62,692 nt of DNA, filler included, from Hausera hauseri (GCA_046269625.1; 11 parts of 11 records of this genome joined end to end with filler, not necessarily neighbours in it), one strand, 5' to 3'. Positions 33,486-46,364 are shown, counted from the whole stretch's first letter. Notes: generated by a model not told the origin, from the sequence alone. Made by a program: numbers and translations.

Positions 33486-34737
33486 TGGGTGGCTCATGCT
33501 AAGACCGGATTGTTGATTGGGGAATCCGGCTAGAAGACAAAATAGAGAATCGGATATGACCGTAAGAGAGTATGTGTGGATGTGTGTAGATAGACTGTGT
33601 GTAAATAGGTATATATTGTACATAAAATGTGTGTAAATAGCAGGGCGTGATGAATACATGTATATTGTACATAACATTTTTATTTATAATGTTAATTGTG
33701 TGTGTGGTACGGTTACATAAGGGGGATGTGATTGAAAAATGTAAAAATATGTGAAATGCGAAATCGAAATGTGTGTTATGTAATCGTGACGCAACCCTTG
33801 TGGACGCCCATGAAGACAGAAAAGGAAGAGGAGTGCATATGAGTTGTTAGATGTGTATGTGTGTCTATAATAGATGCACAGAAAGTAAGAAGAAATAATA
33901 ATCAAAAGGTGAAATATTGCATATTGAATTATCATAAATTTAAAAATATTTAAAATTTGAAAATTATTAAGAAGATTGTGATTACGTTAAATATGTCAAA
34001 ACAAGATTATGAACAGTTATACAGAATCAAGAGATGCAAATGCAGTTTCAAATATGAAAGAAGTGTTAAAGATTCATGGAAGGTGGATGTGGGTCGATTT
34101 AGAATTAATTCCCACGTGTTAACGACGAAGATATTAAGTTTAATATCAGAAAAATGGTCGAAATGGAATTTATCTTCTTTTACTGACAAGGATATTGTAA
34201 TACATCTCTACTATATCAACAATACAAATATCTTTACTACAATTGTGGATGAGTTAGAAAATGATAACATGCCAGTTGATGCGATGTTAAAATCTGACCT
34301 GAGTGTACCAACCGAAGATCGAAACTTATGCTGTGGAATACGCAGACGAAATCTATCGACGATAATACTTAGACAAGGGCAAAAATTTAGAGGAAAAATG
34401 AATCACCTGAAGGACTTATTTGCGAGGAAGTCTTTGTTATGGAATTATCGATGGCTCTCGTTATTATCGAAGGGACATTCTCTATTTAGTGGAACCCCTG
34501 TCATATATGATATTCTGTACGACGTTAGTGGTGATCGGAGTGATCGAGAGAAGCGATGTAAAAGAGAAGGTACCGTTCATTATAATTGTTCTTTGTATTC
34601 CTTTTTGTTTTGTTTAATGGGTGGCAGCAGGGGTTGCGAAAAGCGAATGCGTATGTGTGTACGTGTGATGGTAATTGATGGGTTTTGTGCATTTAGGTGG
34701 GAATTAGAATTCGGGGTTAAGAAGGGAATCGTATGTG

Positions 34738-34837
34738 NNNNNNNNNNNNNNNNNNNNNNNNNNNNNNNNNNNNNNNNNNNNTTAATTAATTAANNNNNNN
34801 NNNNNNNNNNNNNNNNNNNNNNNNNNNNNNNNNNNNN
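34738..34837. other. Artificial contig linker
   Basis: N44-TTAATTAATTAA-N44. Confidence 0.99.
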
Positions 34838-37800
34838 TGTTTCTTTCCTCCGCTTAAATGTGCAAAAGGTGCCGTGAGTTCTGAACAATACGGAATATAT
34901 TTGTGGACAAAATGCAAGGTACCAAGGAAACCGCGCATTTCTGTGGTTGTCGTAGGTAGTTGGACATTTTTAACAGTCTCAACTTGATCAGGCTGAGGCA
35001 AATGTCTGATGAGATAATATGTCCGAGGAAATTAACGCGTTTTTGAAAGAAGTTGCATTTTGCAAAATTGATCTGTAGATTGAACTGGTTAAGGCATTTG
35101 AAGATGGATCTTAGATGTTCTTCGTGTTGTTTAACTGATGAGGAGGCAACCAATATATTGTCAATATATGGATGCGCAAAGGTGAAATCTGAAAGTATTG
35201 AATCGATGTGTTGCTGAAAAGTCTGAGCGGCATTCCGGAAAACGAAAGGCATATACAAATACTTATAAAAACCGAAAGGTGTGGTAACTGCAGTTTTCTC
35301 GATGTCTTCCGGTGCGATAGGAATTTGGTGGTAAACTTTGAATAAATCAATTGTCGAATGAACTGAGGTAGTATTAAGCCGATGTAATATGTCTTTGATT
35401 AATGGTAGTGGATATGCATCCATTGTGGTTAAAGTATTAAGTTGGCGGTAATCGCCGCATTGTCGGAAGGATCCATCTTTTTTCTGTACAACGTGGAGAG
35501 GCGAAGACCATGGTGATTTAGATCTGCGGACGACACCCGATTGTTCTAGTTCCATAAATTCAGCTTCTACTGCCTGTCTGCGTAGCGGTCGCAATGGACA
35601 AACCTTTTGTCTAATTGGCCTTTGATGTCTTGTAATTATATGGTGGTAAATGCTGTTTACCGCGGTGAAATTCCTATCTTTCTGGAGTATACGAGGACAA
35701 GAAGTATGTACGAATTGTCGTAAACTTGTGGATAGTTGCTGGAATATTGTAACTGACGATGATCCGAGGTTGCAAGCAATACTTGGTATATGGTGATTTA
35801 TTGTTGATGAGGAATCAAGTGGAGTTTGTAGTAGGATGGTCGGGCCCGGAACCGTTTTTGAGTAGGTGTTATTGCTCAGTGATTTTACAGAAAATACCAG
35901 ATTGGCATTGCCAACATTAAGCTGTGATTGGCTGTCAACATTGTCCTTTGGAAGCTTACTATGTAAAACGTGATAGTTATTGGAATTAGAACAAGGTACT
36001 GACTGTTTCAACATAGATTGCTTACTTACTGTTGACTGTGGTATTGTTGGGATGCTGTCTATACCTGTGCTACGGTCAACAGGTGTATTCGTTTTTAGGC
36101 AGCGTCGGTTACAATCGACTAGTAAGTTGTAGTGCGAAAGGAAATCTGAGCCGAGTATTGCCGTCTGGACGTTAGCGACTGTAAACGTCTAATGAAATGA
36201 AGATAAAAAGTTTTGTAAAGTGAAAGATAATTTGCAAGTTTTGGCAATACGAAGAGATTGACCAGATGCAGTATATAAAGTTTTTATTTTAGAGGAAGAA
36301 TGTTGAACTGAAAAAGAAAATGGGAGTATTGAAATCGCTGCGCCAGTATCGATTAGAAAATCTATGGATTGAATGTTAGGATTAAAGATAGCAGCTTTTA
36401 GTGTGAAAACTGCAAATGAAGTGTGTCGGCAAAAGGAATTAGATAAATTGCCTTTGCCAGAATCTGCCGAGAATACTGGCGGCGAAATCACTTTTTTGGA
36501 TTGGTGAGTTGAGTTACTGTTAGAGAAACTGGAACGTCTATCAGTGGTGTAGTTATTTTTAATTTTATAGTTACAGCCTGAAATACAATTCCGAGCATTA
36601 GATGCAAATTTTACATGGTAGATGTAAATAATGTTATTAGAGTGTAGATTCGATAAATAATATCTACACCCTAAACAGCATTTATTTGCTTTGTTGTTAA
36701 ATTTGTTGTGGTAATAACATATAAATGACCGTGTTGGTGACAATGTCCGATTTCTGGAGGAATAACGTGTTCGACGAGGCGCAGAAGCATTCCGTCGGTG
36801 TAAGGAAAGGTCATTTAGTTTATCGTTGATAATGTTGATCGTGTGTTGTAGTGCCGCATTTTCGGCACGTAATTGTTTCAATTGGTGCTCAATAGAAGTA
36901 TGTTGTTGGTTGTCATCGGTCATAATAGCGGCTGATATGATGGGTTGTGATTGGATTTGTAAGACTTCGTGTGCTTTATCTGCCAAATCAGCCAGTTTAT
37001 CTAAGGCTGTAGAATCTTTAACAACAGTAAGTAAAGTCCTGATTTGAATGGGTAAGGCATTAAAGAAATATCGTCGAAGTAGATCCGGATTATGTTCTTT
37101 GGTGACGCCTACAGTACGTAGGTAAGCCAACAAGGTGCGTAGGAAATGGCTAGTTTTTTGTGTCCCCATTGCGTTTTCGTTAAAGAAGCGTTAAATTATA
37201 GATTCAATTGGTGGTTTTGTCAGTTTTAACACAGCATCGAACAATTGGGTATAAGGGTCAGAGTGTTGAAAGATGTCCAGTAAGTTGTAGATTGAGGCCT
37301 TTATGGAATTTGGTAAAAGTTAAGGTAAATTATAAGCTTTTGATAACGAGTCTATAATACCGTTGGATTGTAATCAGAGTTGATGGAAGTAGAGCCGAGT
37401 TTTGCTAGACTTTTCATTGTCTATAACATATTCAGAAAAATGTGGTGAAGTACTGATATGATTTTTGTGAGAAGAGTTTGTATCGGTTGAAGTAGGTGGA
37501 TGGCTTGATTTGGGGTAGTAGAGAATGGATTTCAGATTTGTGGTCACCTTATCGATGATGTCACTGGTTGATGGAGAAATCATCCCACCGCGGATTCTAA
37601 GATTGATATGTATGCACAGGTAGTTATGTGAGGTCATGATATGTATTATGAAACCGTTGTGAGACAGAAAGAAATCGCTGTAGGCGGAGGTATTATAAAT
37701 GATAGCGTATAGTTGTGATGTTTCGATACGTTGTCTGACATGTACTATTTGTATAAAATTATTATTGACATAAAGGTAGAGGGAGAATGATGGTGATGTA

Positions 37801-38820
37801 CTGTAAACCGGATAGTGTGATATATCGATGTGGTCCTTCGAAGGTAAGAGATTTGCTGTGTCTTTTGGACTCACCATAATTAATGGATCTATTGCACTTA
37901 CTTCTACCTCTTCTCATTACAGATTCATCGAATTTAATATATGGTTCGTTGTCGAGTTTTGTAGGTTTGGCAAGACGAGGTACGGTTGATATACAATTAA
38001 CAATGCAGCAAACTGAATGGGCTATTTCATTAATTTCTACGTGTATATCATCGAATTCACACATTCCTACTAGAGTCAAATATCTCAGAACGTAAAAGTA
38101 TAGTTTCCCAATTTTGTTCCATGAAGCCAATTTAAATTTCGATGTATATTGAGTAATTTTATTAACAGTTCCAAGATATCTCGGAATACCATGTCGTGGG
38201 CAAGGGCTAAAGTGTAACCACTGTGGAAGAGAATAGAGGAAATTTATGATTCGAGGAATAAGGAAAAGAATGTGTTTTGCTGAAATGGTCTAGAATTCCA
38301 GGGACGTCAGAAATCATGCCGAAATAATAGCAACGTGTATCGCCAGCAAATGCCTTCACTAGAAACCAGATTTATTTCAAAATTTCCAGACGATAGAAAA
38401 CGAATGGAATCATGAAAAGCAAAGAGAACAGGCGATACTGCCAAAATGGGCTGGTAACAAATTCAATAAAATTGAGGCAGCTAATAGAAACTGTAATAAC
38501 CAAACTTTGGCCAGCTTCTATTTTCTTTATACAGGCATAGATAATGATAGGATTTGTACGGGAAATGACCAACATCTCCATATAAATATAATAGAGAAGA
38601 CCAAAAACAACAACCTTGCCCAAAAACGTTCTAGAGAAAACGGTATGACAATGAAAGTCGTCAGATGTGAAATCGTGTATATAGTCAACAAAGGTAACGA
38701 TGTGGTTGTCGACAAGAGTAATTTATGTCCCCAAGTTTGATGGGATGTGATTATCATATCCTCGTCAGTTTGAATCTTCAAAATCGAGAGTGAATCGACA
38801 ATCTCAGATTTATTCATATC
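34838..38820 (-). mobile_element. Ty3/Gypsy retrotransposon (CsRn1 clade), diverged relative of the 1600-7170 element; leader-UBL-gag-PR-RT
   Basis: Gag DLLRRYFFNALPIQIR, LDKLADLADK, CYYHNKFNNKANKCCLGC; PR FLIDTGAAIS; RT SPWSSPLHVVQKKDGSFR with YIDN (inactive); collinear with the contig 1 element. Confidence 0.93.
37584..37790 (-). pseudogene. Ubiquitin-like domain ending LRIRGG, in frame with downstream Gag
   Basis: SFSLYLYVNNNFIQIVHVRQRIETSQLYAIIYNTSAYSDFFLSHNGFIIHIMTSHNYLCIHINLRIRGG-M within ORF 37374-37877; beta-beta-alpha-beta-beta-beta hydrophobic pattern and a C-terminus resembling ubiquitin LHLVLRLRGG. Confidence 0.65.
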
Positions 38821-39069
38821 TGAAGGGAGTAAATTTAGAATGGCAGGAATATAGGTTATAACAAGGTCAATTATTGATTTTCTTTCGTTAATTACGGCAT
38901 CATCTGATGCTTTGATAACGTTTTACTGGTTCATCAACAACATCGTGTGAATGGCTTGTCGGTTCAGAAGTTTCGACATGGCATCAAACGCTTTTCGAAT
39001 GGGATTACTCAAATTACTAAATCGTTTCACTGATTCGTCAAGGTGACTCAACTGGCCTTCAATTGTCTG

Positions 39070-39585
39070 TAAATTGAGTTTCCGTTCTTTTGACCGGTTT
39101 TTGGCGTCACACAGTTGTTTATACTGAGTTGACCTTTTGGCAATGAAATGAATTCTGGACAATTTAGACTCGACTAATAATACACTCAAATTATGGTTGG
39201 CTCTGCCCTATGGTGATCCCAGATGGAGCCATCCGATGAAATTACCGGCCTTATACATATTCTCGATTTCAACCTCTACTACACGTTGGTCGCAAACCTC
39301 TTTTGTATATTTAAGAGCGTCATTTCCGAATGCATCTATAGGTTCTGCTTTACCGTTTGGACGCCGTCTCAGTGGTCAAGAACATTTAATTCCGGCTCAA
39401 CGTACGGTCCAAATGTTCGTCTCTTTCGGTATGTAAATTCTGAGTCTGCTACCAGTGGCAACGAATTCAACAACCCGAACGATGCGACCCTGTCGTTTGA
39501 AAGAATTAAAGAAATGTTTGGCTATTACAGGATCTCCGGATGGATCTAGCGCCCGGTGAGTTGGCGCTTTCTTTTTTGAAAAAAA
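39070..39585 (-). pseudogene. SND1: Tudor-SN (SND1) fragment, essentially the fourth staphylococcal-nuclease-like domain
   Basis: SKKKAPTHR...GDPVIAKHF...VVEFVATGSRLRIYIPKET...AGIKC...DALKYTKEVCDQRVVEVEIENMYKAGNFIGWLH...NLSVLLVESKLSRIHF.A.RS matches SND1 SN4; in-frame stops present. Confidence 0.9.
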
Positions 39586-40265
39586 AATCAACGCACTTTT
39601 TTACGCGAATTTTACAACAATCTTTTGTGTCTATTGTGATGTAAAATGAATCGTTATTCGAGGGTGTTTTAGTTGATTCAATTACTAGTAAAATAGTAGA
39701 TTTGAGCCTCTGTTCATTTTTTTAGAAAATGTACTAGATTTGATCATTTCCTTGGACAATCCAGTTCCATCAACATGAAATATAGTATTTCCGTATACAT
39801 TCACAAATTGATAAAACTCCTTCCAAAATGACTCCTCGTCAACTTTTTAAAGTTAGCCTCCTTCAACGAGACGATAATGAAATTTGAATTTCTTACCATC
39901 AATAAAATAAAGTTAGTCTTTCCGGATTGTGCCTGTCCAGTGATCGGCAAACAATAGATTTCGTTTTTAAGCAACAGTTTCTCCATAAAATGGTTGACTT
40001 TTTTATCAATGGATCAAGATATGAAAATGTCGTTCGAACGTGTTAGTCACTCATATGGGCCATTATAACCAATGAATATCCAAATAATTTCAAATGGGTT
40101 CGTATTTTCTGATCTCCTAGATTAGAATATGCCTGTTGAGCATTATTGACATTGATAGATTCATTACTCGAATTTCGATGAACTTTCTCCATTTGCTTCA
40201 CCAATGACGATAAGTCCGCTTGACTTCCGCCTTCCGTGTAAACATTTTTAAATATTTCTACAAGT

Positions 40266-40365
40266 NNNNNNNNNNNNNNNNNNNNNNNNNNNNNNNNNNN
40301 NNNNNNNNNTTAATTAATTAANNNNNNNNNNNNNNNNNNNNNNNNNNNNNNNNNNNNNNNNNNNN
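40266..40365. other. Artificial contig linker
   Basis: N44-TTAATTAATTAA-N44. Confidence 0.99.
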
Positions 40366-43300
40366 ATTAACCTGATAGAAAGAAACCATTCATATTGGCC
40401 ACAGATGCCAATGATTACGGAGGAGGAGCAGTGTTATCACAAAAGGGCAAAGACGGATAGGAGCATCCAGTAGCCTATGCTTTACGAAAACTTAATAAAC
40501 ATCAAAAGAAATATGCAGTAATTGAGAAGGAGTTGTTGGCAGTAATATTCGCCCTAGAAGTATTTTCACCGTATATTACTGAGAACAAACCACTATTAAT
40601 ATATACCGATCATCGACCACTACAAAGGCTGAAACAGCACGAAAATCTAAATAGTCGATTATTACGACGGGCTCTCAAACTGCAACCATATACATTAAAT
40701 TTCCAGTATAAACCTGGAACGCGAATTGCAAACGCAGACTATATATCCAGAATGACAGAACATCCAAATGTGAAGAAAGAGGTAATAGCAGCAGTCTGGA
40801 GTATGGATGGATCGGTAGAGAAGATCAAACAAAACCAGCAGGAAGATCTCGAAATAAAAGTAATTAGGAATTTTATACAGAATAAGGTATTACCAACAAA
40901 TAAAGAATTAGCCCGACATCTAGCTCGATTTAGTGAAGCATAAGAAGAAAAAGATGGATATTTATATTACATCCACCATGATAGACCAGCATTAGTGATT
41001 GCAAATAAGAATACAACAGTTTTGTTAACGCAATATCACGATGAATTACTTGGTGGACACTTATCAGCAAGGGAGACACTCAATAAGTTAAGACAAAAAT
41101 ATTTCTGGCCCACCATGACGAAGGACCTGCAAGAATGGTGTGAAAGTTGTAAATTATGTGCTACCCGGAAAAATACTGGATCAAAATTTAAAGCACCTTT
41201 GAAAGTATTAAACAACTCCCAGCACCATTCGAATTTACCGCAATGGATATAACGGGGCCACTACCCTTAACTCGTAATGGAAATAAATATATTTTAGTCT
41301 TCATCGACTATTTCACCAAATGGGTTTTTGCCGTAAAAATGACCAACATGAAGGCAGATACGATTGCTGAGAAGATTGTCGAAAATATAGTATTTAATTA
41401 GGAGCCCTAAGAATTATTCTGACTGACCAAGCATCAAATTTAACTGGAACTGTAACGCAGTCTATATACGATATCTTTGAAGATATTCAAGTTACGATCC
41501 ACGCCAGGACACCCAGAAAATAACGGATTGGTCGTTAGGTATATCGGAGATTTGAATGGAAAGTTGCAAAGAGTAGTTAATACTAGACAAGACGATTGGG
41601 ATGAATATGTTAATGCGTGTGTGTTAGTAAATCGAACGTCAGTTCACAAAGCCACTAAAGACACCCTTTTATCTAATGTATTTACGGGATGCAAGATTAC
41701 CCATTGACTTAGACTTTAATGTGAGACCTGTCTTACACTTAATGAAAGTGGAAAACTATAAGCAATTGATGCAGGAACGTCTCAAACTAGCCTATAAGAC
41801 GATTTGTGGTAATCAAGAGGATTATAAATCCAAGTATAAAATATATTATGATAAGAAGACTAAGCAACCAAAAATTAAGATAAGCGGCCAAATAATGTTA
41901 TATTCCCCGGCAATTCAAAAGGGCAAAACTTCTAAGTTGGATAGATCATAGAAAGGGCCATGTGAAGTGGAAAAAGTAGATTTACCAAACATCTGTCTGA
42001 GGAAAAATAATACATCTGTGAAGGTCCATGTCAACAAATGTAAACCGGCGGCCCGAGCAAGTGAGTTGAGGAAATGTGAAAAAGACACCATACTAAGTAT
42101 CAGTGAAAAAGTAAAGAAAAAAAGCTCAACCCATAGAATGTATTGGCTAATAAAAAGTCTAGTATTGATGATTATCTTTTCATTTCCTCAAGTGACCGGA
42201 CAAATGACGGATCAAGAAGTCGAACGAGCAAAAATACGGCATGAAATAGCTATAACAGAAGACCTGTTAATGAAGAATTTACAGTATAGAATAACCTATT
42301 CGGAAAGAGGTAAGAAAGTGGTAATTTGGAACATGCTGAGACAAATGCACCCAAAGTGTATAATGGAAATACAAATGATACCTTGGCATGATAACAGAAG
42401 AGACCCTAATAGGCGACAATATGATTGCTTACTCCACGCAGGGACCAATCAAACCCTATGCGTAGTACAAAGCTCCGGTGTCCATTACACTTATCTCACA
42501 ATCATAAAAAGACAAGGAGATTATTATACAAGTCAGAAAAAGAAGTTCTACAGATCAACAGTAATATCTACCAGACAACAAATGAACGAATCTCAACTAG
42601 ACGAAATAATACTCAACCAGATAGTAGCAAGACTAATGGGATTCAAAAGTGGAAGAAGTTGTATTGAGATTATAACCATGATACAATTGGAACAGGGTCG
42701 AAGAATGACAATAAAATTAATGGATACGGCAACCCCAGAAGTCAGTATGTAGGATAAAAGGCAAACAATAACGCGTGTGTTGTATGGTTACCCGAGGAAA
42801 GATATACCATGTTTATTATCTTTTATTCAGAAGAAGATATGGTAAATTTGGATATCCATTAGAGCGAAAAGGACCCGTAATGTTTATAAGATATAAAAAC
42901 CAGAAGGAATATGACGATGTACAAGAAAAGATTACGACGCCACTTGTGTGATCCTTGGCTGGAAAAAGGGAAATGACTATCTTGGTAAAACCCTATGCTT
43001 CATACTATCGTTAAAAGTGATCCAAATGAGATAACGTCACTATAGTAGACGCCTCCACAGCATTAATTATTTCCGTTAGACCAGATTTGGATTTTGTAAA
43101 AGTTAAATTCAGTTTCAAGAAACGAGATATAGTAGTGGCCAAAGGAGTTATAACACCGGATGATTTAGTGGCACCATGTGCAGCATTAGATCCAAATACT
43201 CGATATACGATAATCTTGCAATTACTAGATGATAAAGATAAGACAACTTCTACCAAAATAGTGTCAGCCATCACTAGGGTAAGTCATGAAATAGACGCAT

Positions 43301-44733
43301 CTTATAAAATCAACACAATTAGTAATAAGATAACTACTAAACCCGTACGAGCCGTGTGTAAATATTCTCGTTTAGAAATGATATGTATAGGATCACTAAT
43401 CCCTATAATTTTCATAGTAATATTGATAATAGTGGGTAGAATCTTATATTGACGATTCAAACAAAGAAGAAGCTGGGTAAGAATTGATATGCGTAATCTA
43501 ACGAACTTTTTAGATACGGACAACCCTAGCTGACGATTAATTTCAGGGATTGCAGCATACGCAACCCTAATTAAAAAGATAACCAAACATCGGGTTACCT
43601 TATACATTAGAAATAATGGTAGCAAAACCACAACGATTACCTCAATAAGTTGTATGATAACCGTTGTGTTGTGTTTAAGTATAGTGATAAATGACGTATT
43701 GACTTTAATTTTTACAGTCTCAGCAGCAACCTTCCATCAGATTCAGACAATCAATCGTTCCAAACACTGGTACAGTAATGTGCAGAATCACATAATAAAT
43801 GCCGATCCTTCCAACCAATACTAAGTATCTCACAATGACTACATGACCAGCCTTAATTATCCCCATACCCAACAAATTCCAAATAATCTGAAGGGATATA
43901 GCATGGCCAATCGATCTCTGGCCATAATGCAAATAATCAAGGCCACCTCATTTCTTTTGACTGATATAATAATTCTACCTGACCTATTCCATTCAATGAA
44001 CTTATATGGTGTTGTGGGTCAAATCCAAATAAAAACAACAGATAGGAAAACATCCATCAGAGGAGATTTAATCAATGTCGATCCAGAGCATAGTCTTGCC
44101 TTTGACTACTCATTTATTAAGGACAATGTATTCAAAGTTCGCTCTTGCACTAACTGTGTCATATTAGCGCTGGAAATAACTAAACACAAAAAGTTCTATC
44201 CAAGCCTTCCGGAAGGAAGATGTTTTAATCTTCCGGAACCGGACTACGTCAAGTATAAAAGCATCCCTTTTAGACGATTGGATAAAGTTACGGAGAAAGA
44301 CATGGTCATAGCAGCCGTAAACTTAACCTATGGCCAGTGGAATAACTTCAACCCATTGAAGCCTCGGTTCTAACCCTGAATGGAGATACTCTACTCTACG
44401 GAATTATCACCACGAGGCAGTGTATCAATAACTTTGATACGCACATAACAGGCCTTACCGAGTCTAACATCAACAACCAAATGGATCCAGTGGACTTCTA
44501 CCGAAGAGTGACCGAAGCTATAACTGACAAGATTGTCATTGGAGCCGATGTGATTGAAATGGTTATAAACCATTTCAAATGTCCAATCCGGCGGATAGTT
44601 GGAATGTGATATCTTATATCACGAGGATGTTATCCGTCGGTATCAAGTATCGACCAACACATATAAAGAGTTAGCCCGGAAGTTTTATGATACGAAGGGC
44701 TTCTCTCTTCGAAGCACTGATCTAGCTCAGTGT
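40366..44733 (+). mobile_element. Ty3/Gypsy element: RNase H, integrase and an env-like 3' extension, degenerate
   Basis: TDAND.G.GAVLSQ, EKELLAVIFAL, YTDHRPL, NADYISR; IN zinc finger HDELLGGH...CKLC, MDITGPLP, IDYFTKW, TDQ, GP motif near 41955; downstream ORFs with signal-peptide-like and TM-like segments. Confidence 0.9.
42138..44733 (+). pseudogene. Putative envelope-like membrane glycoprotein region
   Basis: Signal-like MYWLIKSLVLMIIFSFPQVTG; FN3-like LDPNTRYTIILQ; TM MICIGSLIPIIFIVILIIVGRILY; second hydrophobic stretch at about 43635-43730, then more coding-like sequence in the same frame. Confidence 0.5.
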
Positions 44734-44833
44734 NNNNNNNNNNNNNNNNNNNNNNNNNNNNNNNNNNNNNNNNNNNNTTAATTAATTAANNNNNNNNNNN
44801 NNNNNNNNNNNNNNNNNNNNNNNNNNNNNNNNN
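44734..44833. other. Artificial contig linker
   Basis: N44-TTAATTAATTAA-N44. Confidence 0.99.
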
Positions 44834-44889
44834 CATATTGTTTTCAATATTAGTTACATTTTCAATACTCTAGCCATTGTTGTAAGATA

Positions 44890-46240
44890 ATCATTACCAC
44901 ATGGACTAAAACCTACGTAAAAATTTCATAATCGCGATTGCTATGTTGGATATATAAACTCCGAGTCTGACTGACGAACAGTGCTCTATCAACGGACATT
45001 TTAATTACCGTGGAGTGATTTATTTCCCAGTCTGTCTTATGCAGTTTCTTGATATCATCGGGAATGCTGGCAATGCCGTGAATGGATCCACCATTTTTGT
45101 AATTTATATTTCATCTTATCACACCGAATTCTTTTTTCCGTCAATTCTTCAATCAACTTTTTTCTGATTAAGACAATTTTCCCACTGCTTGTCGTAAATT
45201 AATGTTGCTCGGCAGGGTTTCAAAACAATCCTTGTTACCAATAATCTCAACTATGTTAACCATTGGCATAGGCGCAACATGGAACTTGTTTCGCAAGCCG
45301 AATTGTTCAATGTCTCGTCTCAAACGAGGCCAGTCTAAATTATCACTATATCTTACTTTCAATATATCGGGTTGAAAAATTCCTGGACTGACATGAGAAA
45401 CATCGTATGTGGCATATCTCGTCACGTTGTGTTAATTCACACTATTTCTTCAACGCACCGAAATAGATCGTCTCGAATATTTTAGAATTTAATTCACAAG
45501 CCTGGGGAGAATCATATTCATATTTTATTAATCCGAATGTATCTGCTTGTCCTTGGACACCAAGGTTAATTGGTCGATTTTGAGAATTCATAAGCCTAGT
45601 TTCTTCAGTCGGATAGTGAATGATATCAATAATTTTGTTCATATTTTTAATAGTTTCACCAACACCCTAAAAATGAAAATTCGAATTTGAAAATATCTAA
45701 AATACTGGAATAGATTCACCAAAATATTTCGAAACGATTTCAATATATAATAATATATGATGTATAATATATAACTTAAACAATTCTTATTCAAATCAAT
45801 ATTATAAAAAATCAATCAACGTTTCTTGTGTTGAACTTGGTAAAGTTTATAATTCAATGAAGGCGGGGAATACTGTACAAGTACAATCATTGAAGGATTC
45901 TACTGTAAATATGAGTCATTTTGTGACAAATAATCATCGAGACATACAAAATAAAATGATGATTAAAAATATGAGAAAATTGTTGAACATTACTTTGGAA
46001 TTTTTAAAATTTATAATTCAAAAATCATTAAGAAATGCGCATGGAAAATTTTCGCAATTTATACAATGAATAAAATAATACAATAAATAAATTACCTTTA
46101 ACAACTTCTCGAAATCAAAGATATCGCCACTAACGAAGTTGGTCAAAGAAATTGAAGTCAAATTGCAAATAAAAATTTGATTCCCTGAACTATACTGAAG
46201 GATGTCTGGAATGAATAAATCGTTTTGAAAATTCGGCATT
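44890..46240 (-). pseudogene. RRM1: Ribonucleotide reductase large subunit (class Ia), partial diverged copy with a GT-AG intron at 46095-45667
   Basis: ICNLTSISL...FDFEKLLK|GVGETIKNMNKIID...RPINLGVQG.AD...IFETIYFGAL, GLRN...APMP, IPDDIKKLHKT.WEI are collinear with RRM1. Splicing restores frame and length; stops and frameshifts elsewhere. Confidence 0.92.
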
Positions 46241-46364
46241 GTTTTTTGAAGATATCTAAAAATGATATATTAAAACAAAAAGATTTGCAGATAAAGTAAA
46301 GTTTTCATTTTGCGCAAGGCGCATGTTTAAAACTTTCTTATTAAAATCGTCCCATTTTATTTCT

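Noticed and set aside
32638-33677. SFVR- and TNER-rich ORFs
   Set aside because: Translations of the (TTCG)n microsatellite.
33957-34737. 278-aa ORF
   Set aside because: No recognisable motif; it runs into the linker and may be the antisense of a decayed element.
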